Positions 17,601-25,663 of a DNA stretch of 32,000 nucleotides are shown here, in pieces (position 1 is the stretch's first letter; every line of letters begins with the position of its first letter). The DNA is from Synechocystis sp. PCC 6803 substr. PCC-P (lineage in GTDB: Bacteria > Cyanobacteriota > Cyanobacteriia > Cyanobacteriales > Microcystaceae), in assembly GCF_000284455.1 (NCBI RefSeq), contig NC_017039.1:390001-422000 (forward strand). Reading direction: 5' to 3'. The notes under the pieces were generated by a model. That model made no database searches. It worked only from the letters and a program-made list of their open reading frames with translations, and had not been told where the DNA came from. Both the position numbers and the translations under genes were made by a program.

Positions 17601-20304
17601 ACGTATCAATGTTGGTAAACTCGATAAATTCGCCGTCAGCGCCAGAGTACATAAACTCAGTAATTTGGAGCCTGGAGACGGTAATGGGAGTGTCATTGTC
17701 CTCGATGTTTACCGTAGCGCTGGAGGCACTGGTAGCCACATCATAATTGGCTGTGTCCGTTAGGGTGATTACGATGGACTCTGTGGATTCGATAATCACG
17801 TCATCAATGGGATTAATCGAGATCTTGACTTGGGACTGACCCGCCGGAATCGTTACTGTTGTGGGATCAATGGCAGCGTAGTCCGTACCGTTAGCCGCAT
17901 CGCCGCTAATGCTATAGGTCACATCCAAGGCGGTTGAGGTATCACCTGTGCGGAGAATGGTGAACTCCCCCGGAGTGGGGCCATTTTCGGAACCTGTAGC
18001 TCCTGTGGCTGCAATTCCCACCGTTGTATTTGAGCTGACAGAGCCGGCGATCGCCCCCGGGGAACCGTTTAAAATAACGCCTTCACCGGCATCAATCACA
18101 CTGAAGGCTCCATTGCTACCCACGGTACTTAGGTTAGCGACGCTGGGGTTGCCGAGGGCATTATCGAATGTGCTAAAGGGAGAGGTGGATGGAGATGAGC
18201 CAAAGGTTACCCCTGTGATTAGTGAACCCGTGGCATCAAATAAATTAATCGCATCTCCACCAGTGCCCAAACCGGGCCCACCGTAGGTACCGATCGCCAA
18301 GCCAGCGGGGGCTGTCCCACCAAACCAAAGATCAATAAAGGCGGTGATCGTGTTGGCATCACCATCCACAAAGACCACCGATTGACCCGGGGCAATGTTG
18401 GTTACACCAGCAAGGGCGGAAGCATTGGCAAAGCTGGCGGAATCGTCATCAACCTTCCAGCCTGTGATGTCAATTGCATTGGCACCAGTATTGGTGACTT
18501 CAAACCAGTCTGCCCCCACAGAGCTATTACCACTGGACCAGGGTGCAACCTCAGAGATAATTAGGTCGGAAATTCCGGCAGTATTAGTAATATCAAGGGT
18601 GAAGGTGGTGATGGCATCGGGAGTATTGCCCAGGGTCGCATCATCCACGGCGATCGTCACTTCATAACTGGATTGGGTGGAAAAATCTAGAACAGTACCA
18701 GCCTTAAGGAACAACCCATTCCCGACAATTTCAAAGTTGCTAGCATCGGCTCCCGATAAACTCAACGTATTGGTTCCCAGGGAATCATCACCAATAATAA
18801 TATTGCCGAGTTTAATCGCCGAGGTGGTATTAGCATTTTCCAATAAATTATTTACTCCATTGGCCACACTGACCGTCACCGGAGCCGCATTGTTGAAGAC
18901 ATAGTCCGCAGGGGCATAAACCCACACTTGGGGATGATTCCCATCGCCGCCGCCGCTTTCACTGGTGATGTAGAGCAGGCCATCATTGTCTAGGGTTACT
19001 CCCTCAAAACCTTGGTTTGTGACCGATAGGGGGTTATCGGCATCGGCATTAATCACCAATTCACTCAGGATATTACCGGAGCGATCAACTTCCACCAACC
19101 TGCCATCTTCCTGACCCAGCACCAGCAAATTGTTGGCGATCGCCCCACTGACAAAGCTGGAATTAGCCAGGGCAAAGACATCGGCAATATCGGTCATCCC
19201 GAGGAGAGCCGGATCAAATAAATTGCTGGAGTCCTGTGTGGTAGGAGAACCATTGCTGGCTGTACCGGCACCGAAATCAATGGTGGTTTGGAAAATGCCT
19301 TGGGGATTAACTTCCTTGACGAAAATAAAACCACCGGTTACGGGATCTTTGGAAACTCCTTCTAAACCAATGTTGCCCACCGTGGTGCCCAAGGTGACCG
19401 CCTGGACATCGGCCCGGCTTAGGGTTCCTCCCGCCGCATAGGTAAATAGATTGGCTTGGCGTAGCCGCTCTTCCACCAGCACAAACTGACCATTGCCCAC
19501 GTAGGTTAATCCTTCGGGGTCAGCAAAGTCCCCCGCCGTCAAGGTCATGGAGCTTATCAGTTGACCTCGCTTATCAATCTCAACGATCGCCGTTCCTTCA
19601 TCCCCCAACACAAAAAGGGTGTTGGTATCGGGATTGTAGGTAATGGCGGAAACCTCCAGGGCTAGCTCACTGCCAGCAGGGGGGGCCACTGTCCGGGTGG
19701 GAACAGGGAGGTCATAGCGACCAATGCGGACATAGGTAGACAAGTCTAGTCCATTAGTTCCACCAGCACTAAAACTGGCGATCGGCCAAGATGGTGTAGC
19801 AGTTGCATTCACATTTGCCGCGTCATCATCCAGGGCATCTACTCCACTAAAAGTCCACTCAGACGCATTGAAAGTGCTGCTCGGAAGGGCGCCATTGTTG
19901 CGATAGGCCCAACCGTCAAGGTGTTCCCAGGGCCTGCCAGTACCGTCTATACCAATTTCGCCAAATACATCAACAATTGAACCATTTTCAAAAAGAATTA
20001 TTGTATCGTCCCCATTTATATTCGCTACACCATCGGTAAAGTTGGGATTAAACCCAAAAAAGCTATTAAATCCTGATGTCTCACTGGCAACGTAAATGTA
20101 ATCCCCTGCCGTTGCAGAGCCGGAGAGGGTAAATTCTGGGCCGGTGCTCGCATTGCCATTGGTGGCGGCTTCAATGCCATACATACTGAGATCGGCAATG
20201 TCAGCTAGGACGTATAACTCGATCGCCTTCGGGAGTCCACCGGGCAGTGGTCCGTCAATAATACCGGTAATAATTAAGTTAGACACGTCAAAAATCTCCT
20301 CCAA
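14647..20304 (-). CDS. nucH: Giant extracellular nuclease, ExeM/NucH family (LTD, beta-propeller, cadherin-like, Calx-beta and EEP nuclease domains, plus a Trp-rich C-terminal module)
   Basis: 1885 aa. An endonuclease/exonuclease/phosphatase domain lies at about 15340-16308 (LKVTGFNVLNYF...SSDHDPIIV). It follows an IHEIQGTG OB-like region typical of ExeM/NucH. Lamin-tail-like segments are present (ISEVAPWSSGNS..WFEVTN and ITEFMYSG..EFIEFTN), as is a Calx-beta-like block. The start codon is TTG, with an in-frame TGA two codons upstream. Confidence 0.85.
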   Translation of the reverse strand: MEEIFDVSNLIITGIIDGPLPGGLPKAIELYVLADIADLSMYGIEAATNGNASTGPEFTLSGSATAGDYIYVASETSGFNSFFGFNPNFTDGVANINGDDTIILFENGSIVDVFGEIGIDGTGRPWEHLDGWAYRNNGALPSSTFNASEWTFSGVDALDDDAANVNATATPSWPIASFSAGGTNGLDLSTYVRIGRYDLPVPTRTVAPPAGSELALEVSAITYNPDTNTLFVLGDEGTAIVEIDKRGQLISSMTLTAGDFADPEGLTYVGNGQFVLVEERLRQANLFTYAAGGTLSRADVQAVTLGTTVGNIGLEGVSKDPVTGGFIFVKEVNPQGIFQTTIDFGAGTASNGSPTTQDSSNLFDPALLGMTDIADVFALANSSFVSGAIANNLLVLGQEDGRLVEVDRSGNILSELVINADADNPLSVTNQGFEGVTLDNDGLLYITSESGGGDGNHPQVWVYAPADYVFNNAAPVTVSVANGVNNLLENANTTSAIKLGNIIIGDDSLGTNTLSLSGADASNFEIVGNGLFLKAGTVLDFSTQSSYEVTIAVDDATLGNTPDAITTFTLDITNTAGISDLIISEVAPWSSGNSSVGADWFEVTNTGANAIDITGWKVDDDSASFANASALAGVTNIAPGQSVVFVDGDANTITAFIDLWFGGTAPAGLAIGTYGGPGLGTGGDAINLFDATGSLITGVTFGSSPSTSPFSTFDNALGNPSVANLSTVGSNGAFSVIDAGEGVILNGSPGAIAGSVSSNTTVGIAATGATGSENGPTPGEFTILRTGDTSTALDVTYSISGDAANGTDYAAIDPTTVTIPAGQSQVKISINPIDDVIIESTESIVITLTDTANYDVATSASSATVNIEDNDTPITVSRLQITEFMYSGADGEFIEFTNIDTSSVDMTGWSFSDSGRVAGSVDLSAFGVVQPGESVILTEADAETFRTAWNLPATAKIIGGLSQNLGRSDEINLYDATGNLVDRLTYGDQDFSGTIRTQNSSGWISADQLADQEIDADWVLSSVDDAQNSYASTGGDIGNPSIYITGVDPTIVKIHEIQGTGTASPLVNNVVTIEAIVVGDFQDGDGDISRNLRGFYVQEEDADVDGNVATSEGIFIFENGNFITDVNVGDKVQITGTVDEFFGETQIDTITNITVISSGNTLPTAANITLPTAGTTESQGGTPQPDLEAFEGMLVKFTDTLTITEMFNLDRFNEIKLSQGGRPQQFTQFNDANVAGYGAYREEIGARTITYDDGLSVQNAEISNLDGFGSSFSTASDIRMGDTINNLTGVLSYQWAGNASSGATWRVRSAVDGTNQFTKVNDRPVTPENVGGSLKVTGFNVLNYFKTIDLSGVSTAIGQDPRGADTTAEFDRQTDKLVTALLAIDADVLGLAELENDFLPGSSGNAIENLVNELNAVAGAGTYNWVNPGTQFLGTDAIAVGLIYKVSAVSLVGDAAILNTQAFLDPNNTGENRNRPTVAQTFRDLVTGETFTAVVNHFKSKGASGLTAGDAGNPDSDQNDGQGFWNDTRTKAAQELVTWLNTNPTGVNDSDYLLLGDYNAYAQEDPIKALESAGYVNLGAQFSGGTNTSYVFDGQTGTLDYAFASASLAAQVTGATEWGINADEADALDYNLDFGRDVNIFDGTVPYRSSDHDPIIVGLNLASPVEPIANEIGVMAENGFFFVLLPGGDEVQLKFNNQPFASGTFGNWQILEAETVNGINQVLWQNPNLGQIGVWNADSNWNWISSQTWPTNSFNTLEAEVTFQIDINNDDLLGDRLTTVENQGSTTLLEGILGNYYVQSGDDLTTPIKYLGEAFDNNLGNWQALAAETVQGVNQVLWQNLNTNQIGVWNSSADWNWISSSVFEAGSPQAIAQAGIFGVDLNAVI
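14671..15315 (-). repeat. Copy 1 of the 645-bp inter-gene repeat (3' end of nucH), partner at 20462-21106
   Basis: The alignment has a constant offset of 5791 bp and no indels. My 60-nt block comparisons give 54-60 of 60 identical, except one variable patch at 14941-14956. Only 2 mismatches occur in 15001-15240. Confidence 0.95.
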
Positions 20305-20350
20305 TAGTAGTCAAGTTCTAAGTGAAAATGTCAGTTAATGTGGGCAAAAC

Positions 20351-20394
20351 GGAAAACTCCCTGGTTATTAAGCTAAAAATGCTTGCCAGGGAGT
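20351..20394 (-). terminator. Terminator or attenuator-like hairpin between phoA and nucH
   Basis: The minus strand reads ACTCCCTGG-(21 nt loop)-CCAGGGAGT followed by TTTCCGTTTTG. The stem is 9 bp. It sits in the 112-bp gap between the phoA stop and the nucH start. Confidence 0.5.
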
Positions 20395-20416
20395 ATGGCT
20401 CTAATCGTTTTGATGA

Positions 20417-23400
20417 TTAGACTAAAACGGAGTCAGCCGTGGTTAGGACGGTAGTTGGGATACCAAAAATTTCAGCTTGGGCGATCGCCTGGGGAGAACC
20501 AGCTTCAAATACATTGGAGGAAATCCAGTTCCAATCAGCACTAGAGTTCCAAACACCGATTTGGTTGGTGTCGAGATTTTGCCACAGCACTTGATTAACC
20601 CCTTGTACAGTTTCCGCCGCTAGGGCTTGCCAGTTACCGAGGTTGTTGTCAAAAGCCTCCCCTAGGTATTTGATTGGTGTGGTTAAATCATCCCCAGATT
20701 GGACGTAGTAATTACCCAAGATGCCTTCCAGCAGACTGACGTTGCCCTGGTTTTCCACGGTCGTCAGGCGATCGCCAAGGAGGTCATCGTTGTTGATGTC
20801 AATCTGGAAGGTAACCTCTGCTTCCAGAGTATTGAAGGAATTGGTAGGCCAAGTTTGCGAAGAAATCCAGTTCCAGTTGGAGTCGGCATTCCAAACACCA
20901 ATCTGACCAAGGTTGGGATTTTGCCAAAGCACTTGATTGATGCCGTTGACCGTTTCTGCTTCCAAAATTTGCCAATTGCCAAAGGTGCCACTGGCAAAGG
21001 GTTGATTGTTAAATTTAAGCTGTACTTCATCGCCCCCAGGAAGTAGGACAAAGAAGAAGCCGTTTTCGGCCACTACTCCAATCTCATTGGCGATTGGGTC
21101 AACGGGCCCAGTGGAATCAATAACAGTATCCACACGGAAGGCTAGATTTTGGATTCGGACATCAAATTCCGGGGAAGTGTCTGCCTGATTAAATGCAGTC
21201 TCCAGGCTATTGAAGTTGGCTGCTAAATACTCCGCTAGGACATCTTGCTCGGAACCATCGGGGGCAAAGGTGGCCAGGCCGGTGCGGGGAGCATCCGCTG
21301 GCAGAACCAAATCCACCAAATCAACAGATTCACCACTGGGGAAAGGATAGCCATCACCACCATTGGCCAAAAATCCCAGGGTGACCATGCGGAAGGTGCG
21401 GCTAGGATCTCCGACCAATTCACCATTACGCACAACAACATCCAGGTCATTGCCGGCCTCATCTTCGATCGCCAGGGAAAGAACACGATCGCCAGGGGCA
21501 CGGTTGAGGTCAAAACTGAAGGCAAAGCCACTGACTTGGGGAAAACGACCCTGTTGGTTGGTGCCATCACTGGCCGCTACCCCGTGTTCCACCAGGGCTA
21601 ATAATTCAGCCGCAGTAACGGTGATCAAGCTCAAGCCATTGTTAAAGCTAAGGGCATTGGCAATGTCGGTTTCAGAAATACCGCCTGCGGGTTTAACAAT
21701 ATTGCCCTCTGCATCGGTAACAGCTTCGTTGGGAAGTCGCTCTGGTTCTCCGGTACCGCCGGTGGGGACTAGAATCCGACCGATATCATCCCGAATACCG
21801 CCCCCATTTTTCAGGGAGATAACCACAGAGGAATCGATGGTTTTGGCGATCGCCAGGTTGGCATCGGCGGTGAGGTTGCCTAAGTTGGTTTCCTGTTGGC
21901 GAATGGCCGGGCGTGAACCTTCAAGATAGACATTACTAACGCCAAAGACATTACTTTCCTTGGCAACAATGACTTCCCGCAGTTGGTCGACAATGGCTTG
22001 AATTTCTGGGTCGATCAATCCAGCGGCATTGAGATCCGCTACCCCTTGGTCGTCGGTGGCGTAGGCTCCACTGATATTGGGATCATAGCTCTCAGGAATA
22101 ATGATCCCGTTTTCATTGAAGTCAATGACTAAGCGACCAAGATATTTGTAGTTACCATCGGTGTTGACCACTGCTACAGGGTTACCGTCGGCATCGGTTT
22201 TGATAATAGGGTAAATACCTTGGGCACTGTCCCCAGCCCGGAGGCGATCGTTTTCATCCAACAGACGGGTGTTGGAACCACCGGCTACAATGATGTCAAC
22301 ATGCTTCAACCGAACAGCTAATTCCTGCTCAATGGCAATTTGTTGCATGTGGGCCAGAAGCACCACTTTATTCAGACCGGGATTAGCAGCGAGTAACCCA
22401 TCAACGTCCGCTTGAATTTCCGCCGCCAAAGCATCTAGCTGTTCAGGGGTTGGAACACCGTTAAAGGGTTGAGGATTAACCGTTACGCCACCGGGGCTAG
22501 AAATAGTAGTAATGGTGGGGGTAGTGGCCCCGACAATGCCAATTTTTTCGCCATTGACATCAATTACCGTAGTGGCGGCGATGCTGTTGGGCTGAGGGGC
22601 TTGATGGTCAGGCACCACTAAACCAGAAAGATTGCCATCGGTGGTGAAATCAAGGTTACTGCTCAGGTAAGGGAAGTTAGTACCGGGGAAGTTATCTTCA
22701 CCATTACCACCGATCAAATCCTGGATTAATGCCGTCCCCAAATCGAATTCATGGTTACCAAAGGCGATCGCCTGGAATCCTAATTCGTTTTGAATCAAAA
22801 TATCGGCCCGACCCACACCGCCAAACACATCTTCCGAAGCGGATAGGAACAAACCAGGAATGTAGGCATCGCCGGAGGAGAGAATCAAGGTGTTGGCAAA
22901 GCCCGCAGTACCGTCATTATCAATGTCTTGCTGGACAAGAGCATTGAGTACAGCGGAAAAACGGGGAATATCATCCAATGCGGGAACTCCGGCTTCTTGG
23001 TCAGCAGCATGGAATAACTGCAACCGGAAGGGCTGGGGAGTAGGTACGTTAACTTCAAAAACAGCAGTCGTGTTGCTAACCTCATTAGTCACCACCAGCA
23101 ATGGTTTGCCATTGGGACTATCGGCGGCATTAATGAAAATCAATCCTTCTGGGCCGGAATCGGTCAGATTGGACTCAGGATCAACAGTAAAGTCCCGGGG
23201 GTTAATATATTGAACAAACTCAGGGGATTGGGGGGTGGTCACGTCATAAACCATCACACCGCCAATGCGCTCTAGCCCCACAAAGGCGTAGGTACGGCCA
23301 TCAATGGTGCCCACTGTTACCCCTTCCGGTTCGGGGCCTTTATTATCACTACGATTGTCTAGGTCATTATTGTCGTTACTGGCATTGAAAAAGTCGGGGA

Positions 23401-24646
23401 TGGCTTCGGCAATAATGCGCTCAAAATCTTCGCCACTGTCGTAAACCAAATTGCCGCTGCTGTTCCAAATGGAAAAGGAACGAGAACCATAGACATAAAG
23501 TTCATCAAAATCCCCGTCCCCATCGGTGTCCCCTAACTTGGTGGTTACCGTCAGACGGCCAATGGCGGGATCGGCCTGCAACTCAGCGGCATTGGGAAAG
23601 GCGATGGGATCTAGAACTAAATCTTTAATCCGGGCCTCTTCAATAAAAATATCTCCTTCGCCATCAAAGGGAGGGGGTAAAAGGTCATCATCAGAGGGAC
23701 GATTGCGGGCATCCCCTTCGTTGGCAGTGATGTAATAGGTCTGGTCACCAACGGCGAAAGAAGCAATGCTATCGGGCATGTACATCCCGAATATGGGCCA
23801 GTTTTGAATATTGATCCCACCATCACGATCACTGGCATCCAATCCATTACCGGGCAAGCTATGGTCTTTAAAACCGAGGGGCAAAATCGCTTCCACGGTG
23901 GTGGTGGCAATATCAATTAGAGCGACAGAGTTATTCTCCTGTAAAGTTACCCAGGCTTTGGTTCCATCACCGCTGAAGGCAATATATTCGGGCTCTAAAT
24001 CCTCCGCTACGGTACTTTCTCGGACAACGTTACCGTCAGCATCAAAAATTTGCCCCAAAAATCTGACGCCGGCGGATTGTAATTCGGCTTTTTGAGCATT
24101 AAAACCGTCAAAAGTGGCATTCTGGGCAACTAAATTAGTAAATCCCCCGGTAATATCAACAATACTTACTGAACCAACGGGGTCAACTGTGTAGCTTTCG
24201 TTAGGTTCCCCTTCGTTGGCAGTCAAAATTTTGGTTCCATCAGGGCTGAAGGTAACCATGTCCGGCAGAAAGCCCACTGAGACTTTGCCCAAAAAAGCCC
24301 CTGTGGTTGCATCAAAAAACTGCACTTGACCAGCTTCTTGGTTATTCAAATCATCTCGAATTGCCAGAGATACAGCCACAATTCCCGCACTGGGAGTGCC
24401 GGCCTTACCCACTGCCACACTGTTGGGCACAGGACTGAAACCAGGGGGAATGCCATCGAAATTTAGGGCTAAATCTTCAATCTTGACGGGGTTAGTGGGG
24501 TCGGCTAAATCTAGAATTTCAATCACGTCACCGGCGACCACAAATAGGCGCTTAGTACCGGGGTCGAAGGCGGGAATTTCTGCCCCGTTGCTACTGGCAA
24601 AGCCGCCAATTTTGCTAATCAAACTAACGCCGCTGTTAATGGTCAT
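20417..24646 (-). CDS. phoA: Atypical large alkaline phosphatase: N-terminal beta-propeller, UshA-type metallophosphatase/5'-nucleotidase, and a Trp-rich C-terminal module
   Basis: 1409 aa. Calcineurin-like metallophosphatase motifs are present (LQLFHAADQEAG, SGDAYIPG, FGNHEFD) with a 5'-nucleotidase C-terminal domain at about 21107-23035. The N-terminal third is a propeller-like repeat region. A Pho-box array lies upstream. The match to the 145-150 kDa cyanobacterial atypical PhoA is from memory. Confidence 0.85.
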   Translation of the reverse strand: MTINSGVSLISKIGGFASSNGAEIPAFDPGTKRLFVVAGDVIEILDLADPTNPVKIEDLALNFDGIPPGFSPVPNSVAVGKAGTPSAGIVAVSLAIRDDLNNQEAGQVQFFDATTGAFLGKVSVGFLPDMVTFSPDGTKILTANEGEPNESYTVDPVGSVSIVDITGGFTNLVAQNATFDGFNAQKAELQSAGVRFLGQIFDADGNVVRESTVAEDLEPEYIAFSGDGTKAWVTLQENNSVALIDIATTTVEAILPLGFKDHSLPGNGLDASDRDGGINIQNWPIFGMYMPDSIASFAVGDQTYYITANEGDARNRPSDDDLLPPPFDGEGDIFIEEARIKDLVLDPIAFPNAAELQADPAIGRLTVTTKLGDTDGDGDFDELYVYGSRSFSIWNSSGNLVYDSGEDFERIIAEAIPDFFNASNDNNDLDNRSDNKGPEPEGVTVGTIDGRTYAFVGLERIGGVMVYDVTTPQSPEFVQYINPRDFTVDPESNLTDSGPEGLIFINAADSPNGKPLLVVTNEVSNTTAVFEVNVPTPQPFRLQLFHAADQEAGVPALDDIPRFSAVLNALVQQDIDNDGTAGFANTLILSSGDAYIPGLFLSASEDVFGGVGRADILIQNELGFQAIAFGNHEFDLGTALIQDLIGGNGEDNFPGTNFPYLSSNLDFTTDGNLSGLVVPDHQAPQPNSIAATTVIDVNGEKIGIVGATTPTITTISSPGGVTVNPQPFNGVPTPEQLDALAAEIQADVDGLLAANPGLNKVVLLAHMQQIAIEQELAVRLKHVDIIVAGGSNTRLLDENDRLRAGDSAQGIYPIIKTDADGNPVAVVNTDGNYKYLGRLVIDFNENGIIIPESYDPNISGAYATDDQGVADLNAAGLIDPEIQAIVDQLREVIVAKESNVFGVSNVYLEGSRPAIRQQETNLGNLTADANLAIAKTIDSSVVISLKNGGGIRDDIGRILVPTGGTGEPERLPNEAVTDAEGNIVKPAGGISETDIANALSFNNGLSLITVTAAELLALVEHGVAASDGTNQQGRFPQVSGFAFSFDLNRAPGDRVLSLAIEDEAGNDLDVVVRNGELVGDPSRTFRMVTLGFLANGGDGYPFPSGESVDLVDLVLPADAPRTGLATFAPDGSEQDVLAEYLAANFNSLETAFNQADTSPEFDVRIQNLAFRVDTVIDSTGPVDPIANEIGVVAENGFFFVLLPGGDEVQLKFNNQPFASGTFGNWQILEAETVNGINQVLWQNPNLGQIGVWNADSNWNWISSQTWPTNSFNTLEAEVTFQIDINNDDLLGDRLTTVENQGNVSLLEGILGNYYVQSGDDLTTPIKYLGEAFDNNLGNWQALAAETVQGVNQVLWQNLDTNQIGVWNSSADWNWISSNVFEAGSPQAIAQAEIFGIPTTVLTTADSVLV
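20462..21106 (-). repeat. Copy 2 of the 645-bp inter-gene repeat (3' end of phoA), partner at 14671-15315
   Basis: Same alignment as copy 1. The shadow ORFs 14908..15255 and 20699..21046 in the track are near-identical for the same reason. Confidence 0.95.
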
Positions 24647-24771
24647 AATTGCTTTAGAAATTTCTCAATCAGGAAAAAGTGGGGCAAAACCTTCAATCGG
24701 TGCTGGCGATCGCCAACGGACAGCAAAATTCCCCATCGGTGAAGGACGATCACTTGGCCCCGCTCCAGTTT

Positions 24772-24821
24772 TTCATAGAGAAATTAAGAAAAACTTATGG
24801 TTAGACTATGAAAAGGTTAAG
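24772..24821 (-). promoter_or_regulatory. Pho-box array (candidate SphR/PhoB binding site) plus -10 element of the phoA promoter
   Basis: The minus strand reads CTTAACCT-ttt-CATAGTCT-aac-CATAAGTT-ttt-CTTAATTT. These are four octamers at a strict 11-bp period. The outer two match PyTTAAPyPy(T/A) 8/8 and the inner two 6/8. CTC and then TATGAA (-10-like, 24772-24777) follow. The array ends 135 nt upstream of the phoA ATG. Confidence 0.65.
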
Positions 24822-24972
24822 CAAATTTGCTAACTCTAGGGAAAGTTGAAGTAAAACCGCCATTGTCAACGGGGAACGAAAAAGCTAAGCTCAAGGGCGG
24901 CACTTTACTGTGCAAATTCTGCGAAAAATCCTCGGCGGGATCGACAATTTTTGAAAAATTCCTAGATTATCT

Positions 24973-25506
24973 ATGCAACAACGTGGCGTAACAATTTGGT
25001 TAACGGGACTGAGTGGAGCGGGGAAAACCACTATTACCCACGCATTGGAAAAGAAATTACGGGACAGCGGTTACCGTCTGGAAGTGCTAGACGGTGATGT
25101 AGTGCGTACCAACTTGACCAAAGGACTCGGTTTTAGCAAGGAAGACCGGGACACCAATATTCGCCGTATTGGTTTTGTGTCCCATTTGCTCACCCGCAAC
25201 GGTGTGATCGTCTTGGTTTCCGCCATTTCTCCCTACGCAGCCATCCGTCAGGAAGTGAAACACACCATTGGGGATTTTCTCGAAGTGTTTGTCAATGCGC
25301 CCTTGGCTGTTTGCGAGGAGCGGGATGTGAAGGGTTTATATGCCAAAGCCCGCAGTGGAGAAATTAAAGGTTTCACTGGCATTGATGACCCCTATGAGCC
25401 CCCCACCAATCCCGATGTGGAATGCCGCACCGACCTAGAGGAACTGGATGAAAGCGTGGGCAAAATCTGGCAGAAGCTAGTAGATCTAAAATATATCGAG
25501 GGCTAA
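24973..25506 (+). CDS. cysC: Adenylylsulfate (APS) kinase
   Basis: 177 aa. The P-loop is GLSGAGKTT, followed by LDGDVVR and ISPY motifs typical of CysC. Confidence 0.95.
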   Translation: MQQRGVTIWLTGLSGAGKTTITHALEKKLRDSGYRLEVLDGDVVRTNLTKGLGFSKEDRDTNIRRIGFVSHLLTRNGVIVLVSAISPYAAIRQEVKHTIGDFLEVFVNAPLAVCEERDVKGLYAKARSGEIKGFTGIDDPYEPPTNPDVECRTDLEELDESVGKIWQKLVDLKYIEG

Positions 25507-25663
25507 GGCGAACTTAACACCGGTCAATCTCTCTAGGTGGGAGAATGCTTGCGTTAGGATTGTCTGTGGTTAAGCCCGATCGCCAAGGGATTAGTCCCTT
25601 ATTTCCCCGTAAAGTTGAATACTTTTCTAGTCGCACATATTGCAATGGAGGCAATGAATAGCA

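Noticed and set aside
14647-24646. RTX/hemolysin-type Ca-binding nonapeptides (GGxGxDxUx) as a T1SS signature in NucH or PhoA
   Set aside because: I searched both translations by eye and found no tandem nonapeptide arrays. T1SS export therefore cannot be claimed from sequence.
24396-24833. A 145-aa plus-strand ORF spanning the phoA 5' end and its promoter
   Set aside because: It lies antisense to the phoA N-terminus and runs through the Pho-box region. The sequence is not protein-like, and the intergenic part is better explained as promoter.
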